A stretch of 64,000 nucleotides of DNA from Octopus vulgaris (taxonomy: Eukaryota): contig OX597814.1 in NCBI GenBank assembly GCA_951406725.2, positions 133,114,001-133,178,000 of the forward strand, given 5' to 3'. The notes beneath the pieces were generated by a model. That model made no database searches. It was not told the DNA's origin and was given only the letters and a program-made list of their open reading frames with translations. The translations under genes were made by a program, and so were the position numbers. Positions within the stretch are counted from its first letter, which is position 1. Each line of letters begins with the position of its first letter. Shown piece after piece: positions 1 through 12,218 of this stretch.

Positions 1-1454
1 GCCCAGGGTAGATCTTTGAGGAACCCCAGCATTAATAGAATAACTGTATGAAGATTGACCATCAAGAAAAAACTTGATCCTACGGTCTTAAAGGAAAGAA
101 GAGATGATGTTCAGCGTGAGATATGACGCACCACAGGATTGGAGCTTCCACAGAAGTCCAGCATGCCAAACCCTATCATATGCCTAAGGGATACCAAGAG
201 TAGCTTCACTAGCTTGAGAAGATCAGCAGTAGACGGTCCGGAATAGAAACTATATTGAGATTTGGAGAATAAATGATTTGAATCAATATATTCTACAAGA
301 GAGTCATTAATCAAGGACTCAAAAACCTTACTGATGATTGGTAGTAGACTAATTGGTCTATAATTACAAGGATTTGATCGATCATCACAGTTCTTAAAGA
401 CAGGAACAGTATTTGGGAATTTCCATAAAGAAGGAAAACAAGATTCTGAGATACACTTCCGGAAGAGCCTAAATAAGACAGAAGATAATTCAAGAGAGCA
501 CTTCTGAAGAACAATGACTGGAATACCATCAGGTGCAGTTGCTTTACACGGATCCACCCGTACCACAATGAATGTGCTGCTCGTAGTCTGATTTAGCATC
601 ACGAATAACAGCCCCATAGTGATTGCGAGCATTTGTGAAAAGCTGTTTATTCACTGTAGAATAATCTCGCTGAAACTGGGCGATAGCAGTAGCATAAGCA
701 GAAGAGAACCAGGGTAAAGAATGCGGTTTCAGCTAGTATTTGCGAGATGGTATGAGGGGGTTAATACTAACAGAAATCCCAATAGTAACTTCGCCAGCAC
801 AGGCCCCAGCAGTTTTAGCAAAAAATATCGGTCCAAGGAACGTCACGAAGAAAGTCGCGAATATTCTTCCCAGTCATCACGATCAAAACTGAATAGAGTA
901 CGATGAAGTGGAGATTCCTTGGAAACGTCAACTGAAACAACAATATGATCAGATCCCTCGAGTGGAAAATCATGACAAACCTTACAAATATCAGGATTTG
1001 ATGTCAAAAGGAGATGAAGGAGGGAGGTAGATTGGTCATCATAATCAGGAATGCGAATAGAAAAGTCAAAGAGTTGTGCGAGCGATTGAGAAAGTGCAAA
1101 ATCATACACTTCAATGCCAGATACACTATTGTTATGAGAAAACTTAAGTCACTCTTCATGGTGCATAGTAAAATCACCACAGACGAATATATTCGCACAG
1201 TAATGAAACAAGAGAGCCTTATCGATGCTGTCAGAAACAGAATGTATAACAACAATTTTTGGAAGATGGAGAGAGAGAAAGAACAAGTAGCTAGTTGAAT
1301 CCAGAAGAGAAAGACGGAAAACCATGAATGAGCGCGCAGGATCCTCAAGATCTTCGTCACGAACGATGGGAAGATTGACACGAGTAAAGACGCCCAATAT
1401 AATTGCGAGAGTCCTTCCGGTAAAGAGGAAGGTAGCCGGGGACAACAAAATCAT
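1..1454 (-). mobile_element. Degenerate LINE (CR1/Jockey group): APE endonuclease + reverse transcriptase fragments, running off the window edge
   Basis: Minus-strand fragments in order: VCGDFTMHH, LHLLLTSNP..GSDHIVV (endonuclease); KATAPDGIP, NYRPISLLPIISKVFE (RT N-term); GVPQRSTLG at 1-30. Many frameshifts. Confidence 0.9.
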
Positions 1455-4400
1455 CTGAAATGTCTGATTACTTTACTAATATAATTCTTCTGGAGTTAAG
1501 TGACCGATGTCTTACTATCAATAAATCCAGTAAAGTTTCTATTGAATAAATAAGCAAATGTAGGATATATGGCTGGAAAAATATGCAAATTCTGTCACAC
1601 TATATTCCTTTTAATGGTAGCAAAATTTATGAAAAGGACACCAGACGGTTTTACATAATTCTGCACATGTAATGTGTAGTCGAAATTTGTATTGGCGTTT
1701 TTGCTGCTAACTAATAGAGCAATTGATTTATAACTTCAGTCAAAACACCGGAGACAGAAATATACCCGTCGACGTGATAGTTCAACGTGCGAGAACATAG
1801 CAGTCAAATCTTCATTAAATTATACACTAGTCTTAAAAGGAAAAGACATTAAGTGTTGTAAGTTTATGTGGTGAGGCTAAGCTATTGAAATATTACAAAA
1901 TTTTCTTACACCAAAACCAAACATATTCATATTCTTAGTAAGTACTGTGGACTGTAAATAGTTTAATGTGCATAGTGTTCTAACAAAGGTCATATATTTC
2001 TAGAAGAGAAAAACAATAAGTGGAACTAAACCAAATAAAGATTGACATTGATTTTATTGACGTCAGAAAGTTGGAATCTTTTTAGTTGCTGTCATAGTTT
2101 TTGAAATTTTAGAATTAAGTGAAAATATTCAAATTTGATATACAGATATCATATTTTATGCTGAATCTGATTTTGGTATTAACTTGTTCCTGAAAAAAAT
2201 TTCAGAAAAATGTTACAGAGAGTTGAAGTTTGATCATTTTTACCGAATCAGAAAACAGGATTTGGAAGCTGACATTTTGTACGTGAATGTTGTATATCAT
2301 AGCATTACGGCGACAAACGTGTAAGAATTTTGAAGTTATAAGTTTTAATGAATAAAATGATGTGAAATGTTGGAACAGGCATGAATGTTTTCTTCCTTTT
2401 CTTGCAAAAAATTATAAAAATACAAACTGCACGTTGAATTAGTTCAGTTCATGTAAACATTTAAGATAATTACTATATTTTTGTAGCGAAAATTTAAAAA
2501 CCAAAGTATGAAATACAATCTCCGAGTTTCTCCTTAAATAAATTACAATTTTCCTTACTACGCCACAAAATCTCACAGAGATACGAGTCAGCCATAGAAA
2601 AGTCGGTTCCATAGGGTTGGATCCTTTGTTTATTCCCTCGTTTTAGAGACCTACGTGCTTCTACTTGTTGCGTGTGGATATCAACTTTGAGTCAATAAAC
2701 TCAACACTGTTGTTCACTGTTCTATGTCGAAAATTATAACCATCAATTTCAGAAATGTGACAGTAGGCCCTTCACAAGTCACTAAAAATTGTGGTTTCTG
2801 GAATAAAGTTATAAACTTATTTATTTATAAATTTAATATGAATATAAATTTCCTTTCCATAATTAGTATACAAAACTCCATCAACACACCATATCTGAAA
2901 ACAATTGGAGGAAAATTAACAGAACTGAAAACTAACACCAACAGAAAAGATCTGAAGAACGAAAGACAGAGTTAAACTAAATGGGATTTGAACGCTTAAT
3001 TTGGAAAGAGCGATAAAATTGATTATTAGACACTGAAATTGATGAAAAAGCCAGTTATTTACCAGAAAGTAACTAGATTTACCATTTCGTGGATATAATC
3101 CTTTTTGCATTTAAAATGACGATATCCGACCTAAATATTCTTCCTGGTTTATGTTCAAGCCAACGAGGTCTCTCGCGTTTACTCAACTACGTTATTCTAA
3201 AAGTATAAAAATTCCCATAATCGAAATCTCGGAGTTATGAGATAAAGTATGATTAATTCAAAACAATAGGTATAAATAAGCATTACATTCGACAGAGTAA
3301 TCTGAATACTAAATGTTTAAGAGTTATATGCTTATTGGTAATAAATAACAGTAAAGGACATCGATTCTTTAAACTTTCAGCAAAGTGGACTAAAATAAGA
3401 AACGAATCTCATATACTCAGAAAGCAGTTATATTTTTCTTTCATCCATGTGCATGTGTGAGTAGAAAATCATCTGGAAATAAAACAGAAAAGGAGAAAAG
3501 AGGGTAAAAGAAAAGAGAGTAAATTAAGAAGCGGAAGCTACTATTAAGAGATAGCCAGTAGGAGAATATTGATGACAGACAGCGAAAGAGAAAGCGACAA
3601 GAGTTATGAGAAAGAAAGAAAAAGATTTCTAAAGATTTATAGATATTGTTTTTAGTACATACTAAGACCTATATTTCAATGAAGAAGAGGAAATGGAAAA
3701 TTCATTGTTTTTCTCAGTGCATTAAAAGCATTCAGTTCCGATTCAGCACTATATATCATTTATAACTATAAATCTTGCTTTTAAAGCTAAACATCTTGAA
3801 AGCAGAATCGAATGTCTGGTTTCGATTCCCGTTTGAAACCATATAATTTTACTTAAGCTCATATGGAAGGAACCCCAATAAATCCTCATATTCTCATGTA
3901 ACGTTAAACTTATTTAACGTTTCTTTGATCATACCGTTTTAAAATATTCAAGTCTGTTACAAAGAAAAAATATATATCGGATAATCATAGCCTAACAGGA
4001 ATCTATGAATTCTGTCATATGCCTCATCTCTTACAATATTTCTCTCAAGCAATAAACTAATTTCTTTCGTTGTTTCTTTTCATTTTATGCATTTCCTTAG
4101 CTGCATCATTTAAATTTTGTAATGTTATCTGCTTATTAGAACAACCAGTTACATACGGAAATAGAAAATCGATTTAAGTTTAGGGTGGTTTTCTGTGATA
4201 GCGATGCGACTCAATGCCGAATGAGAATAGACACTTTCTGAGAACATCCCCTAACAACTTGCTGTGGGCCAGTCATGATATGCTTTACAATTGGCATTGC
4301 CCGCTAACAAACGTCTTCATGCCATCTATGGGATGTTTATAAAGATATTCAGCCTGTGAGAAATATTACCGAAATTTAATTTCATAGTTGAGAAGCTATT

Positions 4401-5581
4401 CATATTTTACGAAAATAAATGCCGCTTGATGGTTGCCAATTGGAATCAGCCATTCTTCTTCCCGTAATTTTGACAAAGCCATCATAGAAGAGAAACAGTA
4501 GAGAGAGTATATACAAAATGTACCACCAAAAATAGGGAACCGCAAAAGACCATTTCTATGACCCGCAACACCTGAGCAGATATTTTGAAATTAAATGTGT
4601 TGTACTGTAACTAACGGTGCTATAGAACTTCACCTACTTCACCTTATCTAGTCAACTTTCCAGTTTTCACTCCGACCGACATACATTTTGCATCCTCTCG
4701 GCAAATTTTTCCCAAATATCTTCAAACACCATGAAGTTGTTCAAAACGCTTCCAAAGAAATCTGGGATAATTAGGTATGATAATTCATGCTATATTTACT
4801 TTGCCACGTTAAGTAATGGACATAACGTTGTGAGTTCGAATCGCGGCTAGTCAACTTTGTCATAAAATCTTTTTAGGATTAATAAAATAAGGTACTTGCG
4901 AATGACTGAATTTGATATAATCGACTATTCTCTCTCTACATGTTCTAGAACTGTACTAGTGTTATTATTGCCACAAAATTTAATAGTATTATTGTCGCAA
5001 AATTTAATCATAGTGTAAACAAATTAGGGCAGTAATCATGTATGAACATTTAGCTGTCTTCGCGATTGTCTGATACTAATGTTTCTTAATGGCTTGTTTT
5101 TTTTTTTTGTTTTTCTAGTCTCCTCAGTTCTTTGACAACTGTTACCAACAGGGAAGATGTTGTACAAATGAAAAATAAATTTTAAAAATATTCTGGTTAA
5201 TTCTACTTAATATTTTTAAGTACGTGTAAAACACGTCGCAAATGATTTCAACATATTGTCAATAATCACTTATGAAATAATTTGAAATATCACTAAATAA
5301 ACTGAATTTTATTTTATATCTCTATATCAAGCTAAGTGACATATCTTACCCCACTAAATCGATATTTTCAAGAAGTTTGATGAAAATGTCAGTTCTCTTT
5401 TCTGTTTCAGAATTTAAGTAACGCATTTATGCTTAACGCATTGATTATTTGCTTGGCTCCTGCATTAAATGCCGACTCCATGGCCACATGATTTGTTTTA
5501 TTTATACGACGACAGAAATTTAAACAATTGAAGAAGTGAATAGTGTAAATGTTTATTTTCTGATATATACTTCTTCTGTAG

Positions 5582-5762
5582 GACTTACGTTCAATCTACA
5601 GCTTCAAATTATGAAGTGCTATGTTAGTATGAAGGAGAATATGAAAATTAAAAGCTCTTGAACTTCTGACGTTAGGAAGTAATTTATAATGTAACAGAAG
5701 AAAGTAAAGATACTTTCAACGGACAATAATATAATGTCGGCCTGCTGCTTGAATGTTCAATG
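5582..5762 (+). other. Candidate exon (mostly non-coding or first exon)
   Basis: Acceptor ttcttctgtag before 5582 and donor ATG|gtatgt after 5762. Stops in all frames except near the 3' end (ATGs at 5734 and 5753). Confidence 0.3.
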
Positions 5763-6058
5763 GTATGTATATTGTATATGATGCTGATCTTATGATATAC
5801 TCCGATACTACATCTTACTGTTTCATTTCACGTGACCATAAACTTCTTTTCTACTCTAGGCACAAATATAGTACTATATTTAAAAGATGAGGAATTATGT
5901 TCATTATTTACGTTACTTACATTATTTATATTTGACGGATATTTGTCCTCATCTTGTTTGTTGTTAGCACAACGTTTCGGCTGATATTCCCTCCAGTCTT
6001 CATTAGGCGTCCTGGGAAAATTTCGAACCTGGGTTCTCATTCCTAAGGTATTTTTCGA

Positions 6059-6220
<162 letters not shown>

Positions 6221-6312
6221 AGTCACTGTCTGGAATCGAACTCGGAATCTTGGAGTTTGTAGCCTACGCTCTTAACTACTACAATATATGCTAGTCTGAC
6301 AACTCGGAAAAA

Positions 6313-7875
6313 TTGGCAAGTCTTCTAAATGTTGGTAGCTACAGCAAAGTAAAGAAAGACCCAACTCTGAAAACAGAGAGGAAGTTGTCACAGATCTTGA
6401 TCAAGAACAAGGATCACTTTAAACCAATGACGTACAGACAACTGACTCAACACTACAGTAAACTACCACATATGTACGGTCACCCTAAGATTCACAAGGA
6501 TGGCATTCCATTAATACCTATAGTGAGCTGTAGATGTTCAGCATGTCATCCACTGAGCCACTTCCTTGTGGATATAATCAGTCCATTAGCAGGGATGTCA
6601 ACATCCTTCGTGAAGAATTCCACCCACTTCACAGAATTGATCAAGAATACCCCCATTGAATCCAACCAGATGGTGAATCTAGATGTGATAAATCTGTTAC
6701 CAAAGTCCCAAATGGTGAAGCACTATCGGTGATTCAAGAGAAACTAGTGACAGACACCCATCTAAAAGAATGCACTAGTGTACCAATAAAAAACTTTATG
6801 GAAATGTTGACCTTGTGTAGAAACTATCTACTTCAGTATGGACACTGATATATTTCGACAAGAAGAGGTTATGGATTCGCCATTATCACCGATAATAGCC
6901 AATATATACATGGAATGCTTTGAGAATTTGGTTTTAGGGTCAACACCACTAAAATCCACCCTTTAGCTGTGATATGTTGGTGACACCTTTATACTCTGGC
7001 CCCACCAGGAAGATGTCTAAATGCTGCTATATCATGTGAACTCAATAAAGCCATCCATACAGTTCACAATGGAAAAGGAAAACAATAATCAGCTAGCTTT
7101 CCTAGAGTATTAATAACACGGACCAAGCATGGATTCAGGACATCCGTATACCGCAAGCCGACCTTCAATGGACGATACCACAACTTCAATTCTGACCATC
7201 CGTACAGTGTATAGGGAGGGATTGCTCAGTGCCTAAAACATCGAGCAAAGAATATAGGTAGCCTTCGTGATACCCACCACGATAAAATGATCAAGCTCAG
7301 TAACAATCTATTAAGCAACAACTACCCCCAAAACATACTATCCAATCCAAGTATGAAGAAAAGAGAGGATGAAAACAGTAAACTGGTTGTCCACAGTCTC
7401 TCTACCCTATGTGAAAGACCTCTCTGAAAAAATACAAAAGATATGCGGCCCATATGACATCAGGAGAGTATTCAAAAGTAATGCAACACTTCGCAAATAT
7501 CTCCTTCGAGTAAAACCAATAGAAAAAAATATGACCAAAAACTGCGTTTACTCCATCCCATGCAGCTGTAGTAGATTATACAAAGGGGAAATATACCGCC
7601 CCCTCAAAATAAGGGTAGACGAACATCTCAAAGCTGTGACACAAGGAGATATTGATAAATCGGGTATAGCTGATCATGTATGGAAAAATGGAAACCATCT
7701 CCCCCTGTGGGATGAAGATAAAATAATAGACAGAGAACACCACGGGAAAATACGAAAACTAAAAGAAACATCACATATGCTAGGACACAACAACCTCCTA
7801 AGCAGATTGAGTGTCGATATGAGTAGCATATGGGAACCGGTATTAAGGAAGGATAGGAAAACATTAGATTTATAA
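6313..7875 (+). pseudogene. Penelope RT + GIY-YIG endonuclease (frameshifted, in-frame stops)
   Basis: RT motifs MYGHPKIHKDGIPLIPIVS, NLDVINL, MDSPLSPIIANIYME, *YVGDTF (decayed RYVDD) and SVYRKPT. GIY-YIG motif CVYSIPCSCSRLYKGEIYRPLKIRVDEH. Confidence 0.93.
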
Positions 7876-8369
7876 GCCCTAAAATTCACTCCATAATTGT
7901 CCACGGGCATATGGCGTGGTGGTTAAGAGCGCGGGCTACTAATCCCAAGATACCGATTCGAGGCAATGACCTGAATAATAGCAATGATAATAATAGCATC
8001 GAAAAATTTGCCCAAGACACCTACTGAAGATGAAGACAAATATCCGTCAAATGTAAATAATGTACATAAATCCTCCAGCCTTTATCAGGCGTCTTGGGGA
8101 AATTTATTATTCTGCTCACTGCCCGGAATCGAACTCGGAATCATAGTGGTTAAGAGCGCGGGCTACTAATCTCAAAATTCCCAGTTCGATTCCAGGCAGT
8201 AACCTTAATAATGATAATGATGATAATTATGATAATGATGATAATAATGATAATGATGATAATAATGATAATGATGATAATAATGATAATGATGATAATG
8301 ATGATGATGATAATGATGATAATGATGATAATGATGATGATGATCATGATGATCATGATGATGATAATA

Positions 8370-8627
8370 TTCACCTCTGGAAACATGGGTGTTTCGTTCA
8401 AACTCCTTAAACAACCCTTATTCAGGGAGCTTTTGAGAGGGATGGGTTACTCGACCAGAAGAAAATTTCTAACTGGGCCCCACCTGCAAGATCATATGGT
8501 GTTTATCTTAATATAGGATCACCATGTCACGCACATATGGTTGTGATGCATATGCCTAGTGTAGTCATGATCGGTATACTGGGCTTCGTATATTTTACCC
8601 CAGTGTCATTTTGATGATATTCACTCA
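8370..8627. mobile_element. Unclassified interspersed repeat inserted in an (ATG/AAT)n tract
   Basis: Shares blocks (aaacatgggt..ccttaaacaacccttatt; ttcgtatattttac.ccagtgt) with 42076-42476. Both copies are bounded by trinucleotide tracts. Confidence 0.75.
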
Positions 8628-8642
8628 ATAATAATAATAATA

Positions 8643-8705
<63 letters not shown>

Positions 8706-8752
8706 TCGAAAAATACCTTAGGAATGAGAACACGGGTTCTAAATTTCCCCAA

Positions 8753-8798
8753 GACACCTGACGAAGGCTGGAGGCTATATCAGCCGAAACGTTGTGTT
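8753..8798 (+). ncRNA. Minimal type I hammerhead ribozyme motif (Penelope-associated)
   Basis: Reads GACAC-CTGACGA-A-GGCTG(loop)CAGCC-GAAACGTT-GTGTT: stem I GACAC/GUGUU, intact CUGANGA and GAAA cores, stem II GGCUG/CAGCC, palindromic ACGU stem III. Confidence 0.75.
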
Positions 8799-9039
8799 AA
8801 CAAGTTGAGGACAAATATCGGTAAAATGTAAATAATGTAAATAAAGCCTTCAGAGTTTCTTTCTGTTAATTCCTGAGTTAAAAACGCGCAAGTTGATTTT
8901 CTTCAAAAGGATATTATATATAAATAGATGTCTACATTTACGACATGCTCAAAGTTTAAATGAATTAAAACGAAAGTTAAAGTAAACAAAGACATATAGG
9001 CGCAGGAGTTGGGAATAATGATGAGGAAGCAATGTCAAT

Positions 9040-9700
9040 CTTTACCATCACAATTGTCTCCGACCGAGTTTGTTCTCAATTCCTAAGGCTTAATATCTCA
9101 ACTCTATATCTGATTAAGGGTACTGCCTTTGAATTTAATGCTTCACAAAGACTTTAGCAATCCAGCTTTTCTTACACTGCTTGTGTCCTCCCTACTAGTC
9201 ATTTGTTTCATTTCTTCATTCTTATTTGTCTGCTTCCAGTATTCTCAAGTACTTATACCACTGTGATTTCTCAATCGCTGGTATTTCAGTTCTCTGGCTT
9301 CTTTCAATTGTTCCTCGTTTCATTTGCAATATAGCGCCCTTTTCAATACCCAAATTCCAAACCCACGTCATTTCAGAAAATGGGAATAGTATGTCCAAAA
9401 CTTTATATCGTCCATGAAAAGATGATATATCTGTCCATTTCCTTTTCCCAACGCATAAGAAGGTTTAACTTTTCGTAGTATCAGTGAGCGGTATCATGGC
9501 CATTACGAATAGTAATGAAAATAAGCTATCAATCTACGTATACAATTTCTAATTACCAATTTATCAATTAAATGATCTTTTGCTGCCCTACTTTGTTTCC
9601 TCCATCCTTTCTGTTCTTCTGGTAGTAAATTGTTACTGTCCAGATGGTTGTATAACACTTCCCCAACACAGCGGTCATAAGTCTCCTCATAAGTGACAAA
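9040..9700 (-). mobile_element. R4/Dong-clade LINE RT remnant
   Basis: LYNHLDSNNLLPEEQKGWRKQSRAAKDHLIDK resembles the R4 RT motif EEQKGC..TKDQLLID. Followed by KYLRILE and AVPLIRY. Confidence 0.8.
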
Positions 9701-9759
9701 CATTTTTATTATCATCATCATCATCATCATTATTATTTTGACTTAAAATTTTGGCAGAA

Positions 9760-10030
9760 GATCAGAATTTGGGAGAAAGTGAAGTCGTTTACGTTGACCC
9801 CAGTGTTCTACTTGTACTTATTTTATCGACCACGAAATGATGACAGGCAAGTTAGCAAAATTGTTAGCAGGCAGAGCAAAATGTCTAGTGGCATTTCGTC
9901 CATCTTTACGTCCTGGTTTCAAATTCCGCTGGGTTAGATTTAATGCACGAGATCCCACCCATAAATTTTCAGACCTTGTTCTATATGAGAAAGGTTTACT
10001 ATTATTCGAAAGTTGTTATTATTATTATGG
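9760..10030. mobile_element. Decayed SINE fragments (Meta-domain-like family), both orientations
   Basis: Contains gaccccagtg..gtacttattttatcgac (minus) and ttcaaattccgc..agaccttg (plus), matching 16120-16334 and 34525-34735. Confidence 0.6.
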
Positions 10031-10361
10031 CTTCAGTTTAATAGTTTTGGTAGACCCGATGACAAAATGCCTCACAGTTTTAAGATGTGTTCCATTACGA
10101 TCTGATTTCAAATCCTGCTACAGGCTATTTATTCCTATACTTCAAGAGACGATGAAAAGCAGTACCAGTCGTTTAGTGAATTATATTTAATGAACTATGT
10201 TCACTTCAAAAATATCTGACTTTGAACCATTATGGGAAATCCTTCGTATCCGAGCTGTAAATGTCAGAAACAATGTAGTATCATACAGAACTTGTTATAT
10301 TATTAATAACACGCCTTAAAGTTCTGAGATCAAATCTAACAAAAATTATCTGTCTTTAACA

Positions 10362-10558
10362 ATTAGTTTAAACCTCTGTCTCATTGAGGTGCAATATATC
10401 CCGGATCAGTCTTATGTTTATTACTATCGAATGAAATTTTTGAAGATGTGCTTTTACCATTAGTTTAAAGCTCTGTCTCATTGAGGTGCAATATATCCCG
10501 GATCAGTCTTATGTTTATTACTATCGAATGAAATTTTTGAAGATGTGCTTTTACCATT
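10362..10558. repeat. Near-perfect 97-bp tandem duplication
   Basis: The unit ctctgtctcattgaggtgc...gcttttaccatt starts at 10374 and again at 10471. Confidence 0.95.
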
Positions 10559-11552
10559 CCTTTTTTGTGAGTGCTTCACAAGGCGTGCATACTTTCCACT
10601 TTACATCTGCATGATTTTCATCTTTGTTTATATCCACAATTCTGTCTTAGGCTAATCAATCATAAACTACGTGGTAGATGGTTTCTTCACAATACCCATA
10701 AATTTTCTATTACATTGTTTCTTCTCCATAATTATTATATTTAGTTGTCTTTTCACATATTGCACAAAAAGGTTTTTAACGTTTAACCATGACGTATCAC
10801 AATTCTCAGTTTTCTATTTTGTTATTTCTAATATTTCATGCCGTTTCTCAACCTTTATCATATTTGTCTGCTAACTTAGACTTTAACTTATATTTTTTGG
10901 CTCTATTTCTTGTATTTCCGTTTTTATCTTCGCTGTTTACCAAATAGTTTTATAACAGTACAGCAGATATTATATAAATGTTTTTCTGTAATAAAATATA
11001 AACTTAATCTGTCAGTTTTTGTTTGAGCACTCTAGATCAAAGCATTTTCTTGCATATTCACTTGACTTCTGATTAAGAATGTTATAAATTGATTAAATAT
11101 TCAACTTTTGGTATTTAATGCAGGTTTAAATATTAAATAGCGCCAATAAAATTCTTATCGGACTTCCATCGGTATGTATTTTAAGCTCTAGATCATTATT
11201 CCTAATGTCAAATTGTCTTATCTCTAATTCTTTATCTAACATGATATCAGTGGTTTAAAATAATTAATCTTTGCTTTGAGTTGTTCCTTGATACAATTTT
11301 ATTCTAATATATCTAAGCAAATCGATGTATTGTAATTGCGATTCCAATTGTTTCATAAAAATTTAGGTCATATATTTTTCAAACGAGATGATTGATTGCG
11401 ATCGTATCCTTTGTAATTTTTTGGCATCTTATTTGACGAAGTTTTGCAGAATGAAAGATATTAAAACAAACTTACGGTAACCAACCGAGCGGATGCTTAG
11501 TTCTTGTTTTCTCTCTCACGGTATTCAATTATGAAGACTTTTTGCTTTTCAG

Positions 11553-11646
11553 GCGAACATTTATCAATTGCAATAATAGGATTTGCATTTTCTGCACCAG
11601 AGGAGCAGTTACTGACTGCGATACATGTTTTGGATATTGTACGAAG
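11553..11646 (+). other. Candidate internal exon (94 nt) of an unidentified transcript
   Basis: Strong acceptor tttttgcttttcag and donor AAG|gtgagt. Two frames are open: RTFINCNNRICIFCTRGAVTDCDTCFGYCTK and EHLSIAIIGFAFSAPEEQLLTAIHVLDIVR. Confidence 0.5.
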
Positions 11647-12218
11647 GTGAGTTTATATTTCCTGTTTTGGATGTTAAGATAGTTTTCTCATTCACAGTAC
11701 TTCAAGACCTTGTTGTAGATCGTTGAATATCTTTTCGAATACTTTATAAATACTTATTTTTCTATTCAAAACTTTGGAAATTTCCATATCTTGCTTCGTT
11801 ATTTATCCTCACATGATTGTTTAAATGTAGTTTTGCCTTGACCATTGTTACCCGTTGTATTCCATCGATTTGTTATACAGAACCCACTACTTCTTTCAGA
11901 TTTTGACGCTGTATTGATTTTTTTAGCAATCCACTGCAGATTCTTTGAATTTAATTACGATATCCTGTTTTAGGCGCACTTTAATTAACTTCAATTGCGT
12001 TTTATTTGTGATGTATTTATCTCGCATTAATATTTGTTTAATTTAACATTTGTATCTGTTTGACTTTAGTTTCATTGTCTTTTCACATTATTTGTTTGTC
12101 TTTCACCGTTCTCATATGGGAAACTTTGAAGTTGTAAAATTTTGGTTTACGATTTCAGTGGCTGCAGTGAAAAGTATTTGATGTCCTCTGATGGTATGAA
12201 TGTTCACATTTTTTATTA

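Noticed and set aside
4200-4800. Slightly GC-richer stretch that might be a decayed transposase
   Set aside because: I could not identify any protein motif or termini.
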